Below are positions 29,301-40,852 of a stretch of DNA of 64,000 nt, piece by piece. The translations under genes were made by a program, and so were the position numbers. Origin of the DNA: Prevotella sp. (GTDB lineage: Bacteria; Bacteroidota; Bacteroidia; Bacteroidales; Bacteroidaceae); contig JBHAFS010000003.1 of the NCBI GenBank assembly GCA_041856205.1, forward strand, positions 9,637-73,636, read 5' to 3'. The notes under the pieces are model-generated. The model saw only the letters and a list, made by a program, of their open reading frames with translations, was not told the origin of the DNA and searched no databases. The first letter of the stretch is position 1. Each line of letters starts with the position of its first letter.

Positions 29301-29413
29301 AGGTCGATGCCAAGACGGGCGCCGTCACACGAATTGCCTCGAAACTGTCTCCTGCCCGGGTCATGACGGCTCTGACAGACCACGGCATCTATTGGCTGAG
29401 GGCACAAAACTAA
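26390..29413 (+). CDS. Beta-helix plus DUF6298-like secreted protein (putative pectin-active enzyme)
   Basis: IQQALD..GAVLLAPGTY..SGVVLRG beta-helix start; QNYGLWYDRRRDDH and HYFQHNILEAGAHW motifs. Confidence 0.65.
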   Translation: MKHIIAALWVMLGVVRVAAQPFPLDYSEVGYHHSERQIPDAPVKVYVSWRMGDQSSRIQQALDAVARMRPDKTTGLRGAVLLAPGTYHLSRALHIAASGVVLRGTGRKETVLLKDGVDRGAVVYVEGRDDRCLTDTLSVAGDVALGAATVTVDAQPGWLQAGAEVVVSRPSTKQWIARMGCSTFGGGDELGYWGWHPGEIDVEWTRTVTAVKGHRLTLDSPLSMALREADGKSRVMRCVWPGRIHDAGVENLTIASAYDERYPMDEDHAWDGVYVSNAKDCWVRQVNFLHLAGSAVVVQRSASQVTVEDCVSRQPVSELGGYRRRTFLTYGERCLFQRLWSEEGINDFAAGMVAAGPNAFVQCESHRSHGFSGAVGPWATGLLFDCVTVDGHDIRLGYIGLEKYGTGWNTANSTAYQCSAAGIQADSLPDGSANYAYGCWAQFTGNGRFAEANNHVRPWSLFAKQLSERLGRDVSALTRTLERGSDAATSPTIEQARQLTLEAHRPRVTMAMWVDSARFTASVSPRGAIDVDRFYREPPVAPPLPEIGLERGKLVMDHALLTGRRHNAPWWNGRVRYSDFDKRGYALTRFVPGMEQNATTDRVDSVVSWMVRTHQLLFSQNYGLWYDRRRDDHERVRRRDGDVWPPFYEQAFARSGQGTAWDGLSLYDLERLNPWYFDRLRAFARAGAPHGLLLMNQHYFQHNILEAGAHWVDCPWRSANNTNDTDFPEPVPFTGDKRIFMADRFYDVAHSVRRALYKQYIMKVLDAFADCPNVIQSIGEEFTGPLAFVQFWLDTIKEWEQTRGHHVLVALGVNKDVQDAILADPQRRDVVDIINIEQWFYNDKGQYAPPGGVNMAPRQYQRQIKTGSATFADVYKAVLEYRAGYPDKAVVYYAQKYPELAWAVFMAGGSCPAIPVTDTAFLQSAATMLPTWHQDGCYVMQGDNGDAVVWHEGGSLTGALQLGAASYALFKVDAKTGAVTRIASKLSPARVMTALTDHGIYWLRAQN

Positions 29414-29431
29414 AAAAAGTCCGGGCAGGGA

Positions 29432-29459
29432 GAGGACTGCATCCCTGTCTGTTCGTCTT
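29432..29459 (+). promoter_or_regulatory. Putative ECF sigma promoter GAGGAC-N16-CGTCTT
   Basis: Shares TTCGTCTTATGG 12-mer with the site at 8735-8746; upstream of the mini anti-sigma/sigma pair. Confidence 0.6.
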
Positions 29460-29519
29460 ATGGAAAATATAAAATCTTTATCAGGTCGCAAGGCCTAGGT
29501 ACCAAACAGAGTGATTGCC

Positions 29520-29771
29520 ATGACCCCCAATGTGATAGATCTCCTGAAAGACCCCGTATTTCTCAGAAGCGTCTTGGATGCCATGCCAGGGCAGACGTCG
29601 CTGTGTTTTTCTTCGGATATCCATCCGTCTTCGCAGGAAATCGTCGAGGCCGAGCACATTTTGCTCACTTTGAGCGATGCGTCATGCCAGATACCCAAAG
29701 AAGAGATAGAAGAGTTGAAAAACCGTATAAAAAGCCTTGTGATGGCCGAAAATGGGATAAAAAACAACTGA
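29520..29771 (+). CDS. Small soluble protein resembling the cytoplasmic N-terminal domain of Bacteroidetes FecR-type anti-sigma factors
   Basis: DLLKDPVFLRSVL..HP...EIVEAEHIL..L...IPKEEIEELKNRI pattern; stop codon where the TM helix would be; adjacent to ECF sigma. Confidence 0.6.
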   Translation: MTPNVIDLLKDPVFLRSVLDAMPGQTSLCFSSDIHPSSQEIVEAEHILLTLSDASCQIPKEEIEELKNRIKSLVMAENGIKNN

Positions 29772-29830
29772 TTTACCTATTTTTACCAGTTTTATATCTA
29801 TTATTACAGAAGAATTGAGTGTCATTTGGG

Positions 29831-29838
29831 TATCTTTG
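29831..29838 (+). promoter_or_regulatory. Bacteroidetes primary-sigma -7 element TATCTTTG for the ECF sigma gene
   Basis: TAnnTTTG consensus about 30 nt upstream of ATG 29870. Confidence 0.6.
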
Positions 29839-29869
29839 CACGGTCTATCTGACCAAAGAACCTGCTTAT

Positions 29870-30430
29870 ATGACAAACTCTACTTTTGACAAGGACGACC
29901 AAGCCCTCCAGCTTTTGGATGCTTATGCCCAAGGTGATGCCTCTGCATTATCCACCCTTTATGATATGTATATTCAGCTGATGTTGAATTACGGTTGTTG
30001 TCTCACATCAGACGTCGAACTGGTCAAGGATTGTGTCCAGGATGTATTCGTGCGGCTGATGGACAAGGACCATGCGCCTCAGGTGAAGCGTATGAGTGCC
30101 TACCTGGTCATATCGTTGCGCAACCGACTGGTTGACGAGTTCCGCAAGGGCACCTATTTCACCGATACACCTATTGCCAATGCGGCGCGAAATCAGCTGA
30201 CAGAAGACGCGGAAAGCACCTACCTGGATGCTGAGAAGACACAGTACCAGTCGCACCTCGTGAGTCGGCTGATGGGCTGTCTCACTCCCCGCCAGCGCCA
30301 GGCCTTCCAGTTGTATTACATCGAAGAGAAGAAATACGACGAGATATGTAAGATCATGGACATGAACTACCACTCTGTGCGCAACCTGGTTCATCGCGGC
30401 ATGCTCAAGTTGCGGGCGGCTGCCCTGTAG
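29870..30430 (+). CDS. ECF (sigma-70 family) RNA polymerase sigma factor
   Basis: Region 2 LYDMY..LMLNYG..VKDCVQDVFVRL; region 4 LTPRQRQAFQLYY..YDEICKIM..SVRNLVHRG. Confidence 0.92.
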   Translation: MTNSTFDKDDQALQLLDAYAQGDASALSTLYDMYIQLMLNYGCCLTSDVELVKDCVQDVFVRLMDKDHAPQVKRMSAYLVISLRNRLVDEFRKGTYFTDTPIANAARNQLTEDAESTYLDAEKTQYQSHLVSRLMGCLTPRQRQAFQLYYIEEKKYDEICKIMDMNYHSVRNLVHRGMLKLRAAAL

Positions 30431-30483
30431 GGGGAGGTGGCTAAGTAGGTCTTTATTGTTGCTTCACCATTGTCTGTCATACG

Positions 30484-32751
30484 ATGAAACATCTGTTGTC
30501 ATTGTTCCTCCTCATTGGCTGCGCCCTGTCGGTTTGTGGCTCTCCTGCCGATGTGGTGTGGCATGAGCAGAGCGGCAATTCCTCTGGGTCGATGCCTTGC
30601 GGTGGCGGGAGCATCGGGATGAACGTGTGGGTGGAGGATGGCGACATCCTGTTCTACCTGGCGCGCAGTGGCTGCTTCGACGAGAACAACACCTTGCTCA
30701 AGGCCGGGCGGTTTCGCATCAGCCTCACGCCCAAGTTGCGCTCGGGCAAGGACTTCAGCCAGCGACTCGTTGTCAAAGACGGTCACTGCGTCATCAGCGA
30801 TGGCACGAGGCAGGTGGTGATCTGGGCCGATGTCTACAAGCCTGTGGTGCATGTCGATGTCAGTATGGACCATGCAGAGCCCTTGACCTGCATCTATGAG
30901 AACTGGCGCTACCGCGACCGTGCCATTGCCCGGCAGGAGAGTTTCCAGACCTCGTATAAGTTCAGGATTCCGCGGGGTTGTGTCACCCATCGCGACCGTT
31001 TTTCCGCCACCGACGGCGAGATGCTCTTCTACCATCACAATGCCGACAGCACGGTCTTCGACGCCACGGCCCACCAGCAAGGGCTGGGCAGCTATATCCC
31101 GCAGATGTACAATCCGCTGGGTGGCCTGGTCTTTGGCGGCCGCCTCGTCGTCCCTGGCTTCACCTACGACGGCACTGTCGATAGCACCTACCAACATACC
31201 GACTACCGAGGCTGGCGTTTCCGCTCGGCCAAGTCGTCACGCCGCTACAGCCTCTCCATCGTTCTGGCCAACCACCAGGGCACGGTAGACGAGTGGCGCG
31301 CCGTGGTAGACCGCACCTGGGCACAGGTGCGTCCTGCCGCCGATCGCAGGGCCACCCTGAAGTGGTGGCACTCCTGGTGGGAGCGCAGCTTCATCGAGGC
31401 CACAGGCGAAGGCTCGATGATGGCCCGCAACTACACGCTCTTCAGATATATGATGGGGTGCAACGCCCTCAGCCAGTGGCCCACGAAGTTTAATGGCGGC
31501 CTGTTTACCTTTGACCCTGTGACGGTCGATGCCCGCTACCCCTTCACGCCCGACTTCAGGCGGTGGGGTGGAGGCACCCACACGGCACAAAACCAGCGAC
31601 TGCTTTACTGGCCGCTGCTCAAGAGCGGCGACTACGATGCCCTGAAGAGCCAGCTCGACTTCTATGTGCGTATCCTCGGCAATGCCGAGTTGCGCAGCAG
31701 GGTCTATTGGAACCATGAGGGTGCGGCGTTCACCGAGCAACTCGAGAACTTCGGGTTGCCCGAGCATGACGAATACGGACTGAAGCGCCCCGAGGGCTTC
31801 GATCCCGGACTGGAATATAATGCCTGGCTTGAATATACCTGGGACACCGTGCTGGAGTTTTGCCAGATGGCGCTGGCGGCCGAACACTACGGCGGCATCG
31901 ACATCTCGGCCTACATCCCCTGGATACGGTCGTCGCTCGACTTCTTCGACGCCCACTACCGTATGCTGGCCCGGCAGCGCGGTGCCCGTCAGCTGGACGG
32001 CAACGGCAGGCTGGTGATCTATCCCGGCTCGGGGGCCGAGACATTCAAGATGGCCTACAACCCCACCTCCACGGCGGCCGGCCTGAGGGTCGTCACATCG
32101 GGTCTCATAGCACATCTCACCGCCCACGGTGCCGATACGGCCGTCATCGGCCGGTATCAGGCCATGCTGCGAACGTGGCCCGACCTCAGCTACCGCGAGG
32201 TGGACGGACACCACGTGCTGTCGCCTGCCGTGACGTGGGAGCGTGTCAACAATACCGAGCTGCCGATGCTCTATCCCATCTTTCCCTGGCGACTTTATGG
32301 CGTGGGGCGCGACAGCCTCGACGTGGCCCTCGATACCTGGCGTCACGACCCCTATGTGCAGCGTTTCAACGGCATCGTGAGCTGGGAGCAGGCGGGCATA
32401 TGGGCCGCCTGCCTCGGACTGACCGAGGAGGCTGTGGCGTGGAACAGCAAGAAGCTGGCCGACGGTCCCTACCGCTTTCCTGCCTTCTGGGGGCCGGGAC
32501 ACGACTGGACACCCGACCACAACTGGGGTGGGAGTGGGATGATTGGTCTGCAAGAGATGCTCATGCAGGAGGCTGGCGACAGCATACTGCTCTTTCCGGC
32601 GTGGCCCAGGCAATGGGACGTACACTTCAGGCTGCACGGTGCCAACGGGAAGGTCATCGAGGCCCGGCTCAAGGGTGGAAAGGCCGAAATCGTAGCCGGC
32701 GAGCGATGCCGGCTGGCGTGGGAGCCGAAAGGTGGGGTCAGGCGGGATTGA
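30484..32751 (+). CDS. DUF5703 / GH95-like (alpha/alpha)6 glycosidase-fold secreted protein
   Basis: SMPCGGGSIGMNVWVE, LFRYM..PTKFNGGLFT, PDHNWGG..LQEMLMQ..LLFPAWP motifs. Confidence 0.65.
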   Translation: MKHLLSLFLLIGCALSVCGSPADVVWHEQSGNSSGSMPCGGGSIGMNVWVEDGDILFYLARSGCFDENNTLLKAGRFRISLTPKLRSGKDFSQRLVVKDGHCVISDGTRQVVIWADVYKPVVHVDVSMDHAEPLTCIYENWRYRDRAIARQESFQTSYKFRIPRGCVTHRDRFSATDGEMLFYHHNADSTVFDATAHQQGLGSYIPQMYNPLGGLVFGGRLVVPGFTYDGTVDSTYQHTDYRGWRFRSAKSSRRYSLSIVLANHQGTVDEWRAVVDRTWAQVRPAADRRATLKWWHSWWERSFIEATGEGSMMARNYTLFRYMMGCNALSQWPTKFNGGLFTFDPVTVDARYPFTPDFRRWGGGTHTAQNQRLLYWPLLKSGDYDALKSQLDFYVRILGNAELRSRVYWNHEGAAFTEQLENFGLPEHDEYGLKRPEGFDPGLEYNAWLEYTWDTVLEFCQMALAAEHYGGIDISAYIPWIRSSLDFFDAHYRMLARQRGARQLDGNGRLVIYPGSGAETFKMAYNPTSTAAGLRVVTSGLIAHLTAHGADTAVIGRYQAMLRTWPDLSYREVDGHHVLSPAVTWERVNNTELPMLYPIFPWRLYGVGRDSLDVALDTWRHDPYVQRFNGIVSWEQAGIWAACLGLTEEAVAWNSKKLADGPYRFPAFWGPGHDWTPDHNWGGSGMIGLQEMLMQEAGDSILLFPAWPRQWDVHFRLHGANGKVIEARLKGGKAEIVAGERCRLAWEPKGGVRRD

Positions 32752-33754
32752 GCCGCTCGAAATAGGTGATGACCTCTTCCCAGGTCTTAAACTCGTCGCT
32801 GCCCAGGGCGATGGTGGTGCCCATAAAGTCGGCGTCGGGCTGCATGTCGATATAGAAGTCGCCGTAGAGCAGCGGCTTGCGGTTGGTGTAGATCACGTGG
32901 TCGTGGGCCGGGGTGGAGAGATACTGCTCTATCCATCGGGCGTCGGCATCGAGTGCGGCGTGGTCGTTGGTAGGGGCAGGCATCACGATATACACCTGAT
33001 AGGTCTCGATGAGCATCTGGAAGGCCTTGGCAAGGCTCGACCTGGGCTTGTCGTAGCTGTCACGCAGCGTCGAGGCATCGATGTAGACAATCTGCCGCTC
33101 GCGCCCCTCCTGCCGGTCGTCGATCCATCGGATGACGGGCACCACGCCGTTCATGAACGACCGGTCGTCCATGCGATGCTCGCCGTGGAAGTGTGCAGCC
33201 TGCGGATAGTGGCAGCGGTAGAGGTCGAAGGTATGCACCACCGGGTCGGCATCGCCGAAGAGTCCCCACACGCGTCGCTGCTCCTCGGCCTTCTCCTCGG
33301 CATCCATCGCCTCCAGCTGCAAGAAGTTTTGTTCGGTCATCTCGTGGTATTCCTTCACGAGTGCCTTGGTCACCATAAACTCCGTCTCGCCGTCCTGGCG
33401 CGGGTTTTGCCACACCTGCTTGCCCGTCATGCCGTGTTCTTTCATCGTCTGGCCCATCTCAAAGGCCGGGTTCACGCAGATACGGTCCACGCCGTAGAGC
33501 ATCTCGGTGTACATGCCGCCCATCGACGTGCCGATGATGAGGTCGGGCTTCTCTTGCGCCACCTTCTCCTTGAGAAAGGCCATGCCCTCTGTCGGGTGTA
33601 CGGGAATGTCGAAGGCCACCACGCGGCTGTTGGGAAAGGTCTGGGCAATGAGTTTCACGGTGCCCGACGAGGCTGCCGACCCGAAGCCGTGGCAATACAT
33701 GATGGTCTTGCCCTTCATCAGTTCGGGAAACTGCTTGATATATGGATTCTCCAT
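32738..33754 (-). CDS. YqiA/YcfP-type alpha/beta hydrolase fused to a 5'(3')-deoxyribonucleotidase-like HAD domain
   Basis: YCHGFGS, GTSMGG nucleophile, NPA, GEH; C-terminal IVYID..K.LL.GDFYID..W. Confidence 0.75.
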   Translation of the reverse strand: MENPYIKQFPELMKGKTIMYCHGFGSAASSGTVKLIAQTFPNSRVVAFDIPVHPTEGMAFLKEKVAQEKPDLIIGTSMGGMYTEMLYGVDRICVNPAFEMGQTMKEHGMTGKQVWQNPRQDGETEFMVTKALVKEYHEMTEQNFLQLEAMDAEEKAEEQRRVWGLFGDADPVVHTFDLYRCHYPQAAHFHGEHRMDDRSFMNGVVPVIRWIDDRQEGRERQIVYIDASTLRDSYDKPRSSLAKAFQMLIETYQVYIVMPAPTNDHAALDADARWIEQYLSTPAHDHVIYTNRKPLLYGDFYIDMQPDADFMGTTIALGSDEFKTWEEVITYFERLNPA

Positions 33755-33770
33755 TGTCATTGTGTTGTAA

Positions 33771-37448
<3,678 letters not shown>

Positions 37449-37465
37449 TCAAGGTATAACGATAG

Positions 37466-38935
37466 ATGAGAAGATTGTTTTTTATGGCCGCAGGGCTGCT
37501 GCTCTTATCCGGGCAGCTCTCTGCGGCAGAGGGTGACACCATCTCGCTGAACGAGAAATGGCTGTTCAAACTGTCGCGCAACGAGGCTTCGCTGCCCAAA
37601 GACTTCGCCGCACTGAGGTTCGACGATACACAGTGGCGTTTCATGTCGGTGCCCGGCGTGTGGAAGGTGCCGGCAGCATGGCAGGGCGCCGACTATGTGG
37701 GCGTGTACCGCGGCTGGATTAAGATGCATCCCTACATGCAGGGCAAGCGCATCTTCCTGCATCTGGGACTGACCACAGCAGTCGCCGATGTGTATGTCAA
37801 CGGACGGATGATTGGGCAGACCAGCGGCGACCGTGCCCAGACCGAGTTTGAAATCACCGGCAAGGTGACCATCGGCGAGCGCAATCTCTTTGTGCTGCGC
37901 ATGAACCACTACGACCGGGGCGAAGATGCCACCAACACCAGGGGCAGCAGTGGCATTACCTCCGACTGCTATATCTATGTGCTGCCCGAGGGCACCGCCC
38001 CGGCGCCGCAGCCCCACATAGGCAAGGCACGAAATGGGGTGAAGGTGGCCGACAGGTTCAGCTTCGAGCCCGAAGAGGGGTTCTTCGACAGCGAGAAACG
38101 CATCGCCGAGGATCTTGAGCTCATGCGTAAGGCGGGCTTCGGGGCGGTGACCTACAACAAGCTCTCGTCTGACCCGAGGTTCGTAGACCTTGCACGCAAG
38201 AACGGCATTGACGTGGTGCTCGATGCCCCCGTCACCTCGGTGCCCTTGGTGGATGCCAGCCGGCAGCTCAATGATGCAGTCTATGCCTACCTGCCCGACT
38301 ATCCCTACGACTTCAAGAAGGTGATACGGGCCGGCGAGGCACGTGCCAATGCCGCCGTGGCCAAGCCCAAGCCCAGGAAGAAGGAGTCGGATGAGCTGCT
38401 CACCATCTGGGACACACCCTACAGCATCTCGTTCGACAAACACACGGGATTGATTTCCAGTTATGTGCAGAATGGTGTCACGGTCTTCTCGGGTAACAGC
38501 ACGCTAAGGCCCGATGGTCAGAGCAAACTGGTAAGTTTTACGGCTACCAAGCCCAGCAAGGCCTCGGGCACTAAGGTGACGGTGGTGTACGATGTGGAGC
38601 ACGAAGGCCAGTCGACCTGGAGTTACGAGATAACGAGCAATGGTGTGCTTAAGGTTACGGTAGACGCCATCAGCGTTGTCAACATCAACTTCAACAGCCG
38701 ACTGTCGCAGAGCCAATATTGCGCGCAGGGTATCGACGGCCCTGTGGAGCTCTCGCAACTTGCCGCCGACCGTGCGCGTGTGTTCTGGTGGCGGCAGAAG
38801 GGAGCCGACGGCAAGGGCGTGGAGGTTGTTGCCAACACCGCCTTCACAGCCCTGAAGCCGGTCTACAAGTCGCAGTTGCTGTTGCGCAATCCGGCAAAGG
38901 GTATCGAACTCAACTTCCTTCCGGCAGCCAACTGA
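37466..38935 (+). CDS. Internally deleted LacZ paralogue (GH2 N-domain, barrel remnants, partial small chain), predicted non-catalytic
   Basis: Colinear segment similarity to the upstream LacZ; WSLGNE and CEY motifs absent; signal peptide intact. Confidence 0.7.
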   Translation: MRRLFFMAAGLLLLSGQLSAAEGDTISLNEKWLFKLSRNEASLPKDFAALRFDDTQWRFMSVPGVWKVPAAWQGADYVGVYRGWIKMHPYMQGKRIFLHLGLTTAVADVYVNGRMIGQTSGDRAQTEFEITGKVTIGERNLFVLRMNHYDRGEDATNTRGSSGITSDCYIYVLPEGTAPAPQPHIGKARNGVKVADRFSFEPEEGFFDSEKRIAEDLELMRKAGFGAVTYNKLSSDPRFVDLARKNGIDVVLDAPVTSVPLVDASRQLNDAVYAYLPDYPYDFKKVIRAGEARANAAVAKPKPRKKESDELLTIWDTPYSISFDKHTGLISSYVQNGVTVFSGNSTLRPDGQSKLVSFTATKPSKASGTKVTVVYDVEHEGQSTWSYEITSNGVLKVTVDAISVVNINFNSRLSQSQYCAQGIDGPVELSQLAADRARVFWWRQKGADGKGVEVVANTAFTALKPVYKSQLLLRNPAKGIELNFLPAAN

Positions 38936-38973
38936 TGCGGTGGGCCGCAGAGACCCTGCCCAGTAAGCACAAC

Positions 38974-39031
38974 GACAAAAGCCTCCCGGCACCTGCATAC
39001 GCGGCAGCCGGGAGGCTTTTGTCATTTTTTT
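38974..39031. terminator. Intrinsic terminator, probably bidirectional
   Basis: GACAAAAGCCTCCCGGC / GCCGGGAGGCTTTTGTC stem plus T-tract. Confidence 0.85.
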
Positions 39032-39075
39032 GAGCGTGGGGGATAGGGGCTGCGCCGGCATGAGGCGGCTGCAAC

Positions 39076-40642
39076 TCACGGCGCAGCCTGGGGCAGCACG
39101 TTGAGCCATCGTCCCAGTTCGGGTGGTTGGTTGTAGGCTACGTTCTCGGCGGCCACGCCGGCACGGTAGGGCGGGTCTTGCATGAGGCAGGTGGCGCGGT
39201 AGGGCGTGGGGAGGACGGTGACATAGATGCGCAGCTCGGTGCTCTCCTCGTTGCGTATGATTACCTCCTCGCGCCAGTCGCCCAGGATGTCGGCCGAGAG
39301 ACAGGGATTCGACTTGGAACCGCTGTTGAAGCGGCCCTCGAACTGTTGCACGAGGTCGATGTTGCCCGTCGTCCAGTTGTACTTGGTCACGGCCTCGTGG
39401 TCGAGCAGTTCGCGTAGCGTGTCGCCGTCCCACCAGATGGCGAAGTTGCAGCTCAGCCGCTGTCTGCCCCGGTGCGTGTCGCTATAGTCGGTATAGGGGG
39501 AGGGCAGGTTGTCTTCGCCTTCTCCTTGTTTTGTCGTCGCCTCGGGCCTGAGCCCGTTGCCTTGGCTGTCGAGCAGTCTGCCGGTGTTGGCGCTCCATAG
39601 CTCAAAGCCCTCGTGGGTGGGGTCGATGTCGGCGGCCAGGGCACGTCCCACGTCGTAGTCGGCCTTCTTCTGCAACACCAGCGCACCGGTGGCGGCGTCG
39701 CGCAGCGTGGAGCCGTCGCGGCGGTTCTCGTGGCAGTCCCAGACGAGCAGTCGTCCGGTGTGCGGCTCCACCCCGAGGTGGAGGGCGTCGCCGTGGCCGA
39801 ACCCGGTGTTGTGGAGCCCGCTGCCGTCGTGGTCGACACACATCGCGCCATAGACGATCTCATCGCATCCGTCGCCGTCGACATCGGCCACGCGCAGGTT
39901 GTGGTTGCCTTGCCCGGCATAGTCGGGCTGGGCACGGTTGCTCAGTCCCAGCTGCTGCATGAGCCGTGTTTGCTCGGGCTGAGGGTGGGTATCGAAATAC
40001 CAGTGCAACTTCAGGTCTTTGCCATCCCAGTCCCATGCCGCCAGCGTGGTGCGGGTGTAGTAGCCCCGGCAGAACACGGCGCTGGGATGCCGACCGTCGA
40101 GATAGGCCAGGGCCGCCAGATAGCGCTCCGAGCGGTTGGCATGGTCGTCGCCCCAGCAGTTCTGCGGACCGCGGTCGGGCACATAGTCGACCGTCTTCAG
40201 GGCGCGTCCTGTGCGGCCTTCAAACACGGTGAGGTATTCGGGACCGTCCATGATACGCCCCTGCCGGGCACCTTCGGTTTGTATGCGCCAGTCGCGTGTG
40301 GCATCGCTGATGGCCCGTCCCGTGCCGTCGATGGTGCCGTCGGCCGTCTTCATCATGAGTTCGGCACGTCCGTCGCCGTCAAAGTCGTAGACGAGGAACT
40401 GCGTGTAATGGGCCCCGGCCCTGATGTTGCGCCCCATGTCGATGTGCCAGAGCCGGGTGCCGTCGAGATCTTTGCCGTAGCATACGCCACGACACCACCA
40501 CCCGGTGGCCAGACCTGATGGCCACCACGCCGCGGTCGAGCCGTTCGGTCTGCATCACGCTGAAGTCGTATTTGGGCTGCGCGCTCGCCACATGGGGCAT
40601 GGCCAGGAGCAACAACAGCAGTTTGAAAGGTCTGAGTTTCAT
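39076..40642 (-). pseudogene. Rhamnogalacturonan lyase (PL11, YesW/YesX-like) with internal deletion and frameshift near 40470-40480
   Basis: N-terminus ERLDRGVVA..VSWRML in one frame; LDGTRLWHIDMGRNIRAGAHY, RGYYTR, GQGNH, GHGDALH, YNQPP in another. Confidence 0.8.
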
Positions 40643-40678
40643 GTTTTAGTTGAAATAGTTACACCTTGTTTGATATAT

Positions 40679-40706
40679 AGGACGGGCAAGGTTTTAATCT
40701 GTCCGC
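40679..40706 (-). promoter_or_regulatory. Putative ECF sigma promoter GCGGAC-N16-CGTCCT
   Basis: Minus-strand match 36 nt upstream of the PL11 start. Confidence 0.55.
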
Positions 40707-40762
40707 ACCGATGGGGCAATAAAAGCATACCGACTTATAACCGCATGCCCGTGGAAGGAAAA

Positions 40763-40804
40763 CAAGAAGAGGATGTGCATGGTGTATGCCACATCCTCTT
40801 CTTG
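40763..40804 (-). terminator. Terminator of glutamine synthetase gene
   Basis: CAAGAAGAGGATGTG / CACATCCTCTTCTTG stem, T-tract on minus strand. Confidence 0.75.
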
Positions 40805-40852
40805 GTGCTGTGTCTGTCGTATTGTGGCCGACGAATGTCGCGGCGGGAGGGC

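Noticed and set aside
29460-29498. Short ORF MENIKSLSGRKA* in frame with the mini anti-sigma
   Set aside because: Its ATG abuts the predicted -10 element and would lie upstream of the transcription start
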